Assembly (NCBI RefSeq): GCF_006345805.1
Contig: NC_043016.1
Coordinates: 31,744,001-31,808,000 of the forward strand
Origin: Octopus sinensis
Lineage: Eukaryota
Direction: 5' to 3'
DNA length: 64,000 nucleotides
Each line of letters starts with the position of its first letter. Positions within the stretch are counted from its first letter, which is position 1. This document shows positions 37,633 to 49,120 of this stretch, one piece after another. The translations under genes were made by a program, and so were the position numbers. The notes under the pieces are model-generated. The model saw only the letters and a list, made by a program, of their open reading frames with translations. It ran no database searches and was not told the origin of the DNA.

Positions 37633-37829
37633 CCTTGGGGCTCTTAAAAGTTCAAACCATATCAGTAATATAAGTTGAATACCTATCAATTTGTAAAATT
37701 AAAGATTCATTATTTTTCTCAGTAAAAATGTACCCCAAAATATTCATATACATAATCAATACACCCATGGCAATATAAAGGTTCATCAATCCTGGCATAG
37801 AAGACACTTAGAAGAAGTAAAGACCCCCT

Positions 37830-38290
37830 TCAGTGATGAATGACCATGAGATTGCACCTAGAAAGTTCCCCTCTGAAACACAAGTCCAGGCAAGGTTGTT
37901 TATGGAAGACCAGCAGTCAGCCATGCATACCAGCCTCTCCTCTCCATGTCAATGTATGTATATAGGGAAAGGGTAAAGACCCCTTTCGGTCATTAATGAT
38001 CATTGAATTGCAACTAGAGAGTTCCTCTCTGAGGCAAAGTCTGGGCAAGGTTGTTTTATGGAAGACCAGCAGTCAGCCATGCATACCAGTCTCCCCTCTC
38101 CACGCCACCAATGTTATCCAAGGGAAAGGCAAAGGCTGATACAGCTTGGCACCAGTGACGTCACAACACATTTCTACAGCTGAGTGAACTGGAGCAACAT
38201 GAAATAAAGTGTCTTGCTTAAGAGTACAACACACAGCCCAGTCCAGGATTACGAGCCTGACGTTCTAACCACTGAACCATGCGCCTTCAC
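37830..38290 (-). mobile_element. Family G SINE with an internal tandem duplication
   Basis: Reverse complement of 22783-23100; the segment gaccatgagattgcacctag...gcataccagcctctcctctcc occurs twice. Confidence 0.78.
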
Positions 38291-38449
38291 AGAGGATTCC
38301 TAATGGTTTGCTAATTAGAGTGTAGGAGGAGAAAAATGGGATAACAATAAATTTAGCGAGGACGAAAAATTATTGGGACAGATTAAGAGTGGAAAGGTGG
38401 TCACAACGACACCACGAACGAAGATCCTTTATTAGATTACATTTTATTT

Positions 38450-38818
38450 GTTTCAATTCTTGCACTGCGGCCATGCTGGAGCATCATTCTGATGAGCTTT
38501 TAGTTGAACAAATTGACCTATGTACTTGCTTCTTTTTTTAAACTTCGTACTTATCGATTTTTTTTTACCGAACCGTAACCAGCGGTGGTTGGAGGACAAA
38601 CACAAATACAAAGACACATATTGATATATACAACAGGTTTTTTTTCCTGTTTTTCTTTTCTTTTTTCAGTTTTAGTTGACTAAAGCCATTTGCAAGGCTT
38701 TGGTCGGCCCAGGGCTATAGTAGAAGACACTTATTTGGAGTACCATGAAGTGCAACAGAACCGGCAACTATGTGGTTGAGAAGCAAACTTCTTGCCACCC
38801 AACTACGCATACACCTAC
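38450..38818 (-). mobile_element. Family A SINE, decayed
   Basis: aaggctttggtcggcccagggctatagtagaagacac core in reverse. Confidence 0.72.
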
Positions 38819-38850
38819 TGTGAAAAAAAAAAAATTCTTCGAAAATCATT

Positions 38851-39004
38851 GAGTGGCTGTGTGGTAAGTAGCTTGCTTACGAACCACATGGTTCCGGGCT
38901 CAGTTCTACTGCATGGCACCTTGGGAAGTGTCTTCTATAGCCTCGGGCCAACAAAAGCCTTGTGAATGGATTTGGTAGACGGAAACTGAAAGAAGCCCGT
39001 CGTA

Positions 39005-39041
<37 letters not shown>

Positions 39042-39278
39042 GTCTGTGTGTGTGTGTGTATATATGTTTGTGCGTATGTGTTTGCCCCCCACTCCCAACA
39101 TCGCTTGACAACCGATGCTGGTGTGTTTACGTCCCCGTAACTTAGCAGTTCGGCAAAAGAGACTGATAGAATAAGTACTAGGATTACAAAGAATAAGTCC
39201 CGGGGTCGATTTGCTCGACTAAGGGGGTGGTGCTCCAACATGGCCACAGTCAAATTACTGAAACAAAAGGGTAAAGAG
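38851..39278 (+). mobile_element. Family A SINE, young
   Basis: Complete copy, head-to-head with 38450-38818. Confidence 0.92.
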
Positions 39279-40246
39279 AGCATAATCAAATCGTCAGAAA
39301 AATCAATAAACCGGTTTTGCTACAGTTAGAAAGTAGGCACCAATAATTATTGATAAAAATAAAAGTGAAGAAATAAAGGAAGTTATCAATAAATCAATAA
39401 AAAAATTAATTAATTAATTAATTAATCGTTATGGCTAAGTTAACATACTTGTAGATAAACAACGTACGCACAATGTGTTAGTTACTATGTGCGTCAAGTG
39501 CGCACAAAATATTGTTACTTGTATCTGTGTTAAGTGCATACCTAACGTTAGTTTCCTTGTACTAGCAAAAAAAAAAAAAAGAAGCACAAATTAAGTACAT
39601 ACTTTTATCATAGGAAAACAAAATTTGCACAATATAAGGGGTTTTGTGTACAAATACTGTCACGTATGTGACTAGGAAATTTTCTATTTGGTGTCCCTTG
39701 CCCATCTAACTAAAAATGTACATCACAAGGAGAGTGTAGAGCAAACAATTGCGGATCTTAACCGCGATAGCACTTGGAATGGACATGCAGTATTTAATTG
39801 TTCAGTTCGTCTTAATTTATATACGGCAACGTTCAGACTGACTCATTATCAGTTGGGAGACAAGCCAACGAAAAACTCACTACCGGGTCGCTTAACTTGC
39901 TAGATAAAGTGATCATATCTCCCTCAAATCATAATTTACAGTCTTAAAAAAAAGAAAGGATAGTATTTTAGCGGGGTTACGAAGATCTCTTTGCAGACGT
40001 TGTATATAGCTCAGTCTCCTCGCGCGGCACTTTGTGAAAGTGTCTTCTGTTTGAGTTCCGGTCGATCAGTGCCTTGTGAGTGAATTTAGTTGCTGGAAAC
40101 TGTGTGAAGCCCATCGTGAATACAGAAACATATGTATATATGTATATATATATATATATATATATAAAATATTAGGGAATAAATCCAAACTTACAGGGAA
40201 AAATCAGATTTAGGATTAAATCCAATTTTATAGTAAAATATTATAT

Positions 40247-40483
40247 TATATTAAATTAGAGATAAAACCACTATTAGGCAAATCAAACAATGAAAAACAT
40301 AAGCCAATACATAAAATTAAATAATTTATATTATTTTAAATATATACCAAAAGTATCTTTTATTAAACTTTTAATACTTTTGGTATATATTTAAAATAAT
40401 ATAAATTAATTAATTTTATGTATTGGCTTATGTTTTTCATTGTTTGATTTGCCTAATAGTGGTTTTATCTCTAATTTAATATA
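40247..40483. repeat. Near-perfect 110-bp inverted repeat (foldback) inside the microsatellite of a decayed family A SINE
   Basis: Arms 40247-40356 and 40374-40483, one mismatch by my alignment, 17-nt spacer. Confidence 0.92.
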
Positions 40484-41008
40484 TATATACATATATATGT
40501 ATGTGTATATATGTGTATACATGTGTGTGTGTGTGTATAGCCTACACTGCTTGACAATCGGTGTTGGTTAATTTACGTCTCACTAGCATAAAGGTTCGGT
40601 AAAAGTAATCAATAGAATGATTAACAAGCTGAAGGATGTAGTTGCATAAATCGACTACACCCTTCAGGGTGATGCTCCAGCTTAGTTACAATCGAATAAA
40701 TAATGAAAGACTTAAAAGACAAAAGATTATTGCTGAAAAGATCGACGGATTAGAAAAACCATTTATCACGTGTCGACTCAATGCAGGTTGACCTAGGGTT
40801 AAACATGAAGGGAAGTATTCATTTCTCATCTGCTCGAAAAATAAATTTCAAGAAAAATTAAATCTTTTATCTGGAACGAGAGATATTAAACACTAATTGG
40901 CACTGCTTGATTATATAGAAAATTCGTGAAAGGAAATATATAATATCTAATAAAGACTAACTAGAACATACGGCTGTGGATGTTTGTTTTAATGGATGAA
41001 TTTCTGGC

Positions 41009-41425
41009 AATCTTTCGTCTGTCTCAAGTAGACCTTTCCGTCGATTTCCGTAAAAAAAATTTTTTTTTTACATATGGGCTTGCGGGAACTTTTGAAGTAA
41101 TGAGAGCGAAAGAGACAAAGAGAAAGCGATTGTATGACGAGGGAAGTTCTTTTGAAGTTACCGTGCATGGGGGCATTGATGTATATGTGTGTGTGTGTGT
41201 TTGATGGGGTGTGGGAGACAGACAGTATGTTGTGTAAGTGAAGTGCTTCTGTTAGTGTGTGTGAAGAGACAGAGTAATGTGTGAAAGAAAGAGATAACTG
41301 AAATTTTTTACTCGGTGTATGTGTATATGTATGTATATTACTTCAAAACTTCCCGCAAGCCCATATGTAAAAAAATAAAAAAAATTTACGGAAATCGACG
41401 GAAAGGTCTACTAGAGACGAAAGAT
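41009..41425. mobile_element. MITE with ~90-bp TIRs
   Basis: atctttcgtct..gtagacctttccgtcgatttccgtaaa...catatgggcttgcgggaa.ttttgaagtaat (41009-41101) mirrored at 41337-41425. Confidence 0.8.
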
Positions 41426-41855
41426 CGCCGAATTTCTTTCTACGAAGTAAGTGGTGGACAATTCCCACGCTGACTGTTTATTTTTAATTAAATTATTCAC
41501 GACGTATGAGCATGAGACAGAACTCGTTTACAAAAACTAATCGTTTTTAAATCCTATGTATGTGTGTGTGAGTGTATTAGTATTTTTCTTTTTATATATA
41601 AACATGAGAAATAGGTGACAATGAAACGTTCATTCTCTCTCTTTCCCCCCTCTCTCTCTCATGTGTATGTGTGTGTGTACATTTCATGCTGTGGGCGTCC
41701 CTGAGAATCTTCCCTCTTGTAAACGTATGCTGGTAGGAAGGTAGATAGATAGATATGTATGTTTGTATCTATCTATCTCTCTCTTTCTTTCTGTCCATAT
41801 ATATATATATGTGTGTGTGTGTAGATACATACATATATATTTACATACGTGTGTG

Positions 41856-41889
<34 letters not shown>

Positions 41890-42639
41890 CAATCAGCCAA
41901 TGAGGAAACCTCTATAATTCGGTCACTTGACCTGCAAGAAATAACAGCTAAATTTCTTTCCAATCCTACAACACACTTAAAAAAATGGCAAAATACAGTG
42001 GCTAATGAAATCAGATACACTAGCAGTATATCAGAAGAGACAAAAAAAAAATACAAATGGCGAGAGGCAACTCCTATTTTTCCTTCTGGCTAAAGAAATT
42101 ATACTTAGTGCAATTTTTAAATAAACCGATGAAGTAATTCATTTCATTTCAGTAGGAAATGAGTTATTTGTAAATAACTTTGTACAAAAATCAGCGACCT
42201 AATTAACGATCATAATTAAGTTTTCTTCTGACTGTTTTTTTTTTAATCAATGGTCTTTTTTCGTTTATTTTAAATTATTAATTATCATTACTAAGTATTT
42301 TTAGTAATATCAATAAATATGTTTAGTTTTGCTTCGTATCTATCATAATTAGATTTGTTTAAAAAAATGTCGGAAAGGGGAATAAATTAACATGTTAAAT
42401 ATATAAATGTATAAAAATATGACTAGAGTTTTGAGGATTCTCCTACATGGTCACTGGATCTACTGGAAGTAGCAGGCAAATATTTCTCAAATCAACCTAT
42501 TAGAGAGAGAGAACATTTGATAATTTACTAAATACACCTAAATCGATTATTATTATTAAAGCTGTACTGGTACCAAAGAGCAATCTTTATGTCCATCTTA
42601 ATGTGGACGTCTTGAGAGATCCTTTTATATAGGTATATG

Positions 42640-42795
42640 TATTTCTTTACTACCCACAAGGGGCTAAACATAGAGGGGACAAACAAGGACAGACAAACGG
42701 ATTAAGTCGATTACATCGACCCAGTGCGAAACTGGTACTTTATTTATCGACCCCGAGAGGATGAAAGGCAAAGTCGACCTCGGCGGAATTTGAAA
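42640..42795 (-). mobile_element. 5'-truncated family D SINE with a 19-bp TSD
   Basis: ccttttatataggtatatg at 42621-42639 and 42796-42814 flanks the insert. Confidence 0.9.
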
Positions 42796-42815
42796 CCTTT
42801 TATATAGGTATATGG

Positions 42816-42918
42816 GGCGAAAGTAAAGAATGCATACATCCGGTGTTTTGGGTTAGAGTTAGGGTTAGGGTTTTTCTGATACCGAAAACGGGTGATGTAC
42901 GTATTCTTTACCTCTGCC
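42816..42918. mobile_element. 103-bp TIR element with telomere-like repeats
   Basis: 25-bp imperfect TIRs (42816-42840 / 42894-42918) around ggttagagttagggttaggg (42851-42870). Confidence 0.6.
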
Positions 42919-42934
42919 TAATTTTGTTTTTTTC

Positions 42935-43236
42935 CATAACTTTCAGAGTTTTCTATAATTACCTTTCAGATAATGTAGATTACATTGGAGTTTAATGTGA
43001 ACAAAAAAAAGAAGGAACTGGTGGACGTGAACACACATATTCACACACACACACACATTTACAAAAATGAAACCTGAAATTTTAAAAAATATGTCATATG
43101 TATCAGTATGTATGTGTGTGTTTCCAGTAATTTTTTTTGCTCACTTCAAATTCCAATATCATCATTATCTACACCATCTGAAAGGCGTTTTGTAGAAAAA
43201 TTCATAATTAAGTATCCCTTTTTTCTGAAAGTTATG
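42935..43236. mobile_element. Degenerate long-TIR MITE
   Basis: Mirrored blocks cataactttcaga/tctgaaagttatg, cctttcagat/atctgaaagg and attggagttt/aaattccaat. Confidence 0.65.
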
Positions 43237-43885
43237 AGGAAACAAAGTCGGGTTGCGGGAAGCACGCTTATGTAGGGATTCCTTAAAATTAATACAAAAG
43301 CCAGAATAAAAAACACGAACATTTAAGTGTCAATGTTTATTTTAGCCGTTCATTTGAACCGACCAATCCCTAGAGCGCGGCTCGACCTGCTAGAAATAGT
43401 AGCTAAATTTTCCTGAAATTATGCCTAGAAGGACACATTTGATAAACTATGTCTCAAGAAAAAAATTCGCATTGCTCACGCTTATAACTTGTTTTGATTA
43501 TATTTTTGCTTCATCAGGAGTAATGCAAACTTAAACAACAACATTCATGTTAAGCTAATTAACATAATAAATTAAAATATATTTAGATGTTAGAGAATCA
43601 TGGTATTTCCTAAATTTCAGATGCTGAACGATATGAGCTTTAGTTTGTTTTAGTGGCATTTCCTCCTTCCCCATTAAAATAAACACATAACCACGAATGA
43701 AATGTCTCTAAAATGTTTTTCACTTTTCTTCTCTTCTTTTACTTATGCAAAAATAATTAATACCCTCACTGGTTTCATTCGTTGGACTACAATCATGCCG
43801 GCACTCCACATAACATGTATGTATATGTGTGTGTTTATATGTGTGTATGTCTATATATGTACACACACACACCTATATATATATA

Positions 43886-44049
43886 TAGGCGTAGGAGTGG
43901 CTGTGTGGTAAGTAGCTTGCTTACCAACTACATCAGTTCTGGGTTCAGTCCCACTGCATGGCACCTTGGGCAAGTGTCTTCTACTATAGCCTCTGGCCGA
44001 CCAAAGCCTAGTGAGTGGATTTGATAGACAGAAACTGAAAGAAGCCCGT

Positions 44050-44098
<49 letters not shown>

Positions 44099-44286
44099 AT
44101 GTATATGTTTCCCCCCCAAAAAAAAACATCGCTTGACAACCGATGCTGGTGTGTTTATGTCCCCATCATCTAGTGGTTCGGCAAGAGAGACCAATAGAAT
44201 AAGTACTAGGCTTACAAAGAATAAGTCCTGGGGTCGATTTGCTCGACTAATGGCCACAGTCAAATAACTGAAACAAGTAAAAGAAT
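43886..44286 (+). mobile_element. Family A SINE
   Basis: ggcgtaggagtggctgtgtggtaag head through the tail actgaaacaagtaaaagaat. Confidence 0.9.
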
Positions 44287-44894
44287 ACCAGAAGAACGTT
44301 CCGTACCACTAAACCAAGAAGGTTCTTTGAATATGTACGATGTATTTTAAGGTTAAATAGTAATTCTGCTTACGTTTGGTTGGATTATATAGTTATCGGT
44401 TTTACATGTCTTTCTATATTCTGTAAGTGTCACAATATAGAGACATGTCTCATAACAAAAGCACACAATTTACAGATGCTTACATTTTAAAATATTTTCT
44501 GTGAATTTTTCACTAGTCCAGTTAGTATATATTAATCTGACAGTGATTGATTTCTTCTATTATTAAAGCATAGTTATTTAGCTGTAATCTTTTACATTGA
44601 GTTCAAATTTCCTAGAATTCAATCTAGAGTTGATTAAATATAATAGCAGTCAAGAACTGAAATCAATTTGATATTATACTATGAAGCTTGCTAATTGTAA
44701 ATGGAGTTGTGATAGAAAAAATAAAAAAAATACAAGGACTTCGATCTACATACATTAGCAATCTGAGAGAAGAAACATAATAGTAAAATGCTTCAGAACC
44801 AAAGTCTAATCTTTGATAAACCAAATGAAACTCGTGAGAGGAATTGTAATAAGTTTTTCGGACATACACACATGTATTCTTTTATTCTTGTACT

Positions 44895-45110
44895 TGTTTC
44901 ATATTTCTTTATTGCCCACAAGGGGCTAAACATAGAGGGGACAAACAAGGACAAAGGGATTAAGCTGATTACATTGACCCCAGTGCATAACTGGTACTTA
45001 ATTTATCGACCCCAAAAGGATGAAAGGCAAAGTTGTGAACATAAAGACAGACGAAATACTGCTAAGCATTTTGCCTGGCATACTAACGTTTCTGCCAGCT
45101 TACCGCCTTC
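44895..45110 (-). mobile_element. Family D SINE
   Basis: atttctttattgcccacaagggg tail; aaggatgaaaggcaaag core in reverse. Confidence 0.82.
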
Positions 45111-45472
45111 TACTTGTTTCAGTCATTTGACTGCAGCCATGCTGGAGCACTGCCTTTAGTCGAACAAATTGATCCCAAGACTTATTCTTTGTAAGCCTAA
45201 TACTTAATCTATTGGTCTCTTGTGCTGAACTTCTAAGTTACACCAGCCTCAGTTGTCAAACGACAGTGGGGGAGGGACAAACACAGACACACAAATACAT
45301 ACATATACATGACAGGCTTCTTTCAGTTTCCGTCTACCAAATCCACTCACAAGGCTTTGGTTGGCCCAAGGCTATAGTAGAAGACACTTGCCCAAGGTGC
45401 TATGCAGTGGGACTGAAGCCAGAACCATGTGGTTGGTAAGCAAGCTTCTTACCATACAGCCACTCCTGTGTC
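45110..45472 (-). mobile_element. Family A SINE
   Basis: Reverse copy directly abutting the family D copy. Confidence 0.85.
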
Positions 45473-46149
45473 TATGTATATATATATAAATATATACATA
45501 GGCACAGGAGTGGTTGTGTGGCATATATATATTCCTACCCATGCTAGCATGGAAGTCTGACATTAAAAGATAATGAAAATGACAATAATAAATAACAACA
45601 AATAAAATGTCTATTGTACATCACACCTTAGAAAATTTTAAGGTGTGATCTACAATAAAGAAAAGATTTTCTTTGTTGTCATTAAATACACTGAATTTCT
45701 TAAAATTCAACAAAAGGATTGTTGGCTTTACCTGTCATGCATAAGTATTTACCTGGGATTTGAATGCTACTTACATTTACTGGTAGCTGATTGATGGAAA
45801 TTTAAACATATTCCTTTATACTGTGTGCTTAATGGATATCTACCAGGATTTTTTAAAATCCCATTTTCTCTTACATATATATAATTGACCAACATAGATC
45901 TACATAAACTTCTTCTTAGGGGTGATGGGTAAAAGATGTAAAACGCATATATATACATGGGTAAGAGAGGAGAGTAAGTCACCAGTGGATTGAGCTCCAG
46001 ACACTGCACTGGTAGTTATTAAAGAAAGAGAGATTCTAGGTGTTGGAAGAAGCTGTTGTTGATGGCTTTTTCCCTTGTCTTAATTCTCTCCTATGTGGGC
46101 ACCTACATCTAACTTTACCCTCCACCTGAGCTCATAAGGAAATAAATAT

Positions 46150-46378
46150 ATTTCTTTACTACCCACAAGGGGCTAAACACAGAGGGGACAAACAAGGACA
46201 GACAAAGGGATTTAGTCGATTACATCAACCCCAGTGCGTAAATGGTACTTAATTTATCGACCCCGAAAGGATGAAAGGCAAAGTCGACCTCGGCGGAATT
46301 TGAACTCAGAACGTAACGACAGACGAAATACGGCTACGCATTTCGCCCGGTGTGCTAATGTTTCTGCCAGCTCGCCGC
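46150..46378 (-). mobile_element. Family D SINE, young
   Basis: Full reverse-complement copy with CpGs intact. Confidence 0.9.
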
Positions 46379-46439
46379 CTTCTGACGAAAACAGTTGCAT
46401 ATACAGCTCAAGATTGCAGGTAACAGACAGAAATGACTG

Positions 46440-47650
46440 CATCTTCTTTTCCTAAATGTGTTCATTACTGCTTTACTGGGAATCCAGCAGATGTCTAAGC
46501 TATTCCTGTTATAGCAGGAACATGGAATGACAAGGATAAGAATAATGGAAGTGAGTGCGATAGTTGGTGGGGTGAAAGAGATTGTCTTTCTTGGGGATGA
46601 GACATACCATTGCATGATTCTAAGGATAAGAGTAGATTCCTGTAAAGAGGAAAATATTGGAGAATTTGGTAAGTATAACAGGAAATTTCTAGGGTTACAA
46701 AGCTTTAAGGAACATTGTTAAAGTTGGTAACCATGTCACTTTGAAGCAATGAAAGGTACGTATATCATCATTTAACAAAAGTCTTCCATGCTAGCATGAG
46801 TGGGACGATATACATATATATATATCTTATACCTTACATGTATATATATATATATATATAGTTAATCCAAACATGAAAACACAACAACGTGAGGACATGG
46901 AACAAGTATAGTGTTATTGGACGCTCAGGAAAGGAAACAAAGAAGGAGGATTTAACATTTTGAGTGGAGCTCTTTGTCAGAAACATAGGATAGGAAAGAT
47001 CCAAGGAAGGGAAGATGGAGGAAAAAAATCGCCAATGATACACACACAGTCACATATTGAATGCCATATATATATATATATATATACCTAAATCCTTTTG
47101 ACCAGATTCAGCCTTTCACATCTAGCTTTTAATATCATTCTAAAAATAACTAGTCCTATTATTGAAATCTTGAAGGTACAAGATAAAAAATGATTAGTTC
47201 ATAACAATGAGAATAAATAAGCAATACATTTGACAAAATAATCTGAATGCTAAAGGACTAAGGTGGGAAATATGGAAATATGGGAAATAATGGAAGTGGG
47301 AAATTTACTGAGTGTGTGCACATATGGAGTTAACTATTAAGTGGTCAGTGAAAGTGGAGGCTTTCTCCACAAGGGTACTGCTCAGTGAATCATTGTTGTT
47401 GTAATGGGCAAGGTATAAAAGAAGTTGAAATTCCATGAAAGAACCAAGAGGCTTTGTTCTTTTAATCAACACAAGTGCTACTGAGGTCAATCTGGACAGC
47501 TGAAGGATTTCTTTAGGTATGAAAGGCATGAGTATAAAAAAGAATTCTTCAAATTTGGTGGCAATCCTTTTAGCAAAGGACCAAAAGAACCAGCTGCAGT
47601 TTGGAAGGTGGAATAGTTTGAAGGTTATACAATGGACAAAGTCATCTCTA
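46440..47650 (-). pseudogene. Fragmented jockey/L2-like LINE remnants (RT domain 1 and EN-RT linker)
   Basis: Near 46560-46620: VCLIPKKDNLFHPTNYR..ALTS. Near 47560-47610: SWFFWSFAKRIATKF. Interrupted by other repeats. Confidence 0.5.
46861..47066 (-). mobile_element. Penelope-like pseudo-LTR remnant in (TA)n with a decayed minimal type I hammerhead
   Basis: Minus strand gttt-CTGACAA-agagctccactc-AAAA-tgtt-aaat (about 46950-46985) corresponds to gttt-CTGACGA-.gagc...gctc-GAAA-cgtt-aaac with CpG-type transitions. Penelope-like elements are known to carry such minimal hammerheads. Confidence 0.55.
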
Positions 47651-47696
47651 TATAAATGAACAGATGCATATATGCACACACATACATACACTTTAA

Positions 47697-48442
47697 TTAT
47701 TTCTTTTATCTGTCTTTCACTTGCTTCAGTACTGCAGCCGTGCTGGGGCACTGCCTTCATAGTCTCAAACAAACAGACCCCTGTAGTTATTCTATTGTTC
47801 TCCTTTTATCAAACTGCTAAGTTACAGGGACATAAACAAACTAACGCTGCTTGGCAACCAGTGTTGGAGGACAAACACAAAGTACACACACAGATATATG
47901 CATGTATACAACAGGCTTCTTTCAGTTCCTATCTCCCAAATCCACTTACAAAGCTTTGGTCAGCTTCAGGCTATAGTAGAAGACACTTGCCCAAAGTATC
48001 ATGTAGTGGGACTGAACCCAAAACCACATGTTTGGAAAGCAAACGTCCTACCACACAGCCATTCCTGTGCCATATACATCTTTTATCTTTTATTTGTTTC
48101 AGTCATTAGAGTGTGGCCATACTGGGGTGCCCCCTTGAAGAATTGAAGAATTTTTAGTCAAATGAATCAATCTCAGTTTTTAATTTTCTTTTTTTTTTTT
48201 CTGCTAAGCCTGGTACTTATTCTATAGGTCTTTTTTGCCAAACTGCTAAGCCAAAGGGGATGTAAGTGCACCAACACCAGTTGTCAAGCATTGTTGGGAC
48301 ACACACACATATATATATATATGACGGTGTTCTTTCAGTTTCCATCCACCAAATCCACTCACAAGGCTTTGGCTGTAGAAGACACTTGCCCAAGGTGCCA
48401 TGCAGTGGGACTGAACCCAGAGAACATGTGGTTGAGAAGCAA
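47697..48442 (-). mobile_element. Two tandem family A SINEs
   Basis: Copies at about 47697-48068 and 48080-48442, both reverse. Confidence 0.8.
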
Positions 48443-48757
48443 GCTTCTTACCACTCAGCCACAACTGAACCTAAATTTGTGAAATTAAAATACAGTTTAT
48501 TTCCATTATTTCTAAGGGGGAAAAAATATACCCCAATTAGCAGAAACTATTCCATTTTTTTATTTTCACTCTTTGCCTTTCATACAAGATAGATCGTTCA
48601 GCTGCCAAAATTGACCTCAATAGCACTTGGGATGATAAAAAGAAAGAGCCTTTTGGTTCTTTCATGGAATTTCAACTACAGTCATGCATGGCAGTTCTGC
48701 CTTCATAATTGAATTCAAGAATCACAAATATTACCATAGCAAGTAAATATATACACA

Positions 48758-48970
48758 TCATCATCATCATCGTTTAACATCCGTTCACCATGCTAGCATG
48801 GGTTGGACGGTTCGACTGGGGATCTGGGAAGCCAGAAGGCTGCATCAGGCTCCAGTCTGATCTGGCAGTGTTTCTACAGCTGGATGCCCTTTCTAATGCC
48901 AACCACTCTGTGAGTGTAGTGGGTGCTTTTTACGTGCCAGGCGAGGCAGGCAACAGCCACGATCGGATTG
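48758..48970 (-). mobile_element. Family C element
   Basis: (CAT)n cgtttaacatccg...catgctagcatgggttggacgg...ctacagctggatgccc. Confidence 0.82.
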
Positions 48971-49120
48971 AGATAATTACACACTTGACATAATTACAAA
49001 CAATTTGTCACTTAAATTTGATGGTGTGTGTGTGCATGTGAAATGATTCAAAGGGATGGCCCTCATCAACTAGGATTTGATAAATTTAAAGACAAAATGT
49101 ATATAGTGAACATGTAAACA

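Noticed and set aside
39688-39903. 71-aa ORF in CpG-retaining unique sequence
   Set aside because: It has a non-ATG start, no recognisable domain and no clear splice pair; insufficient support.
43505-43522. Minus-strand CTGATGA
   Set aside because: No stem II or GAAA follows; the heptamer is expected several times by chance in 64 kb.
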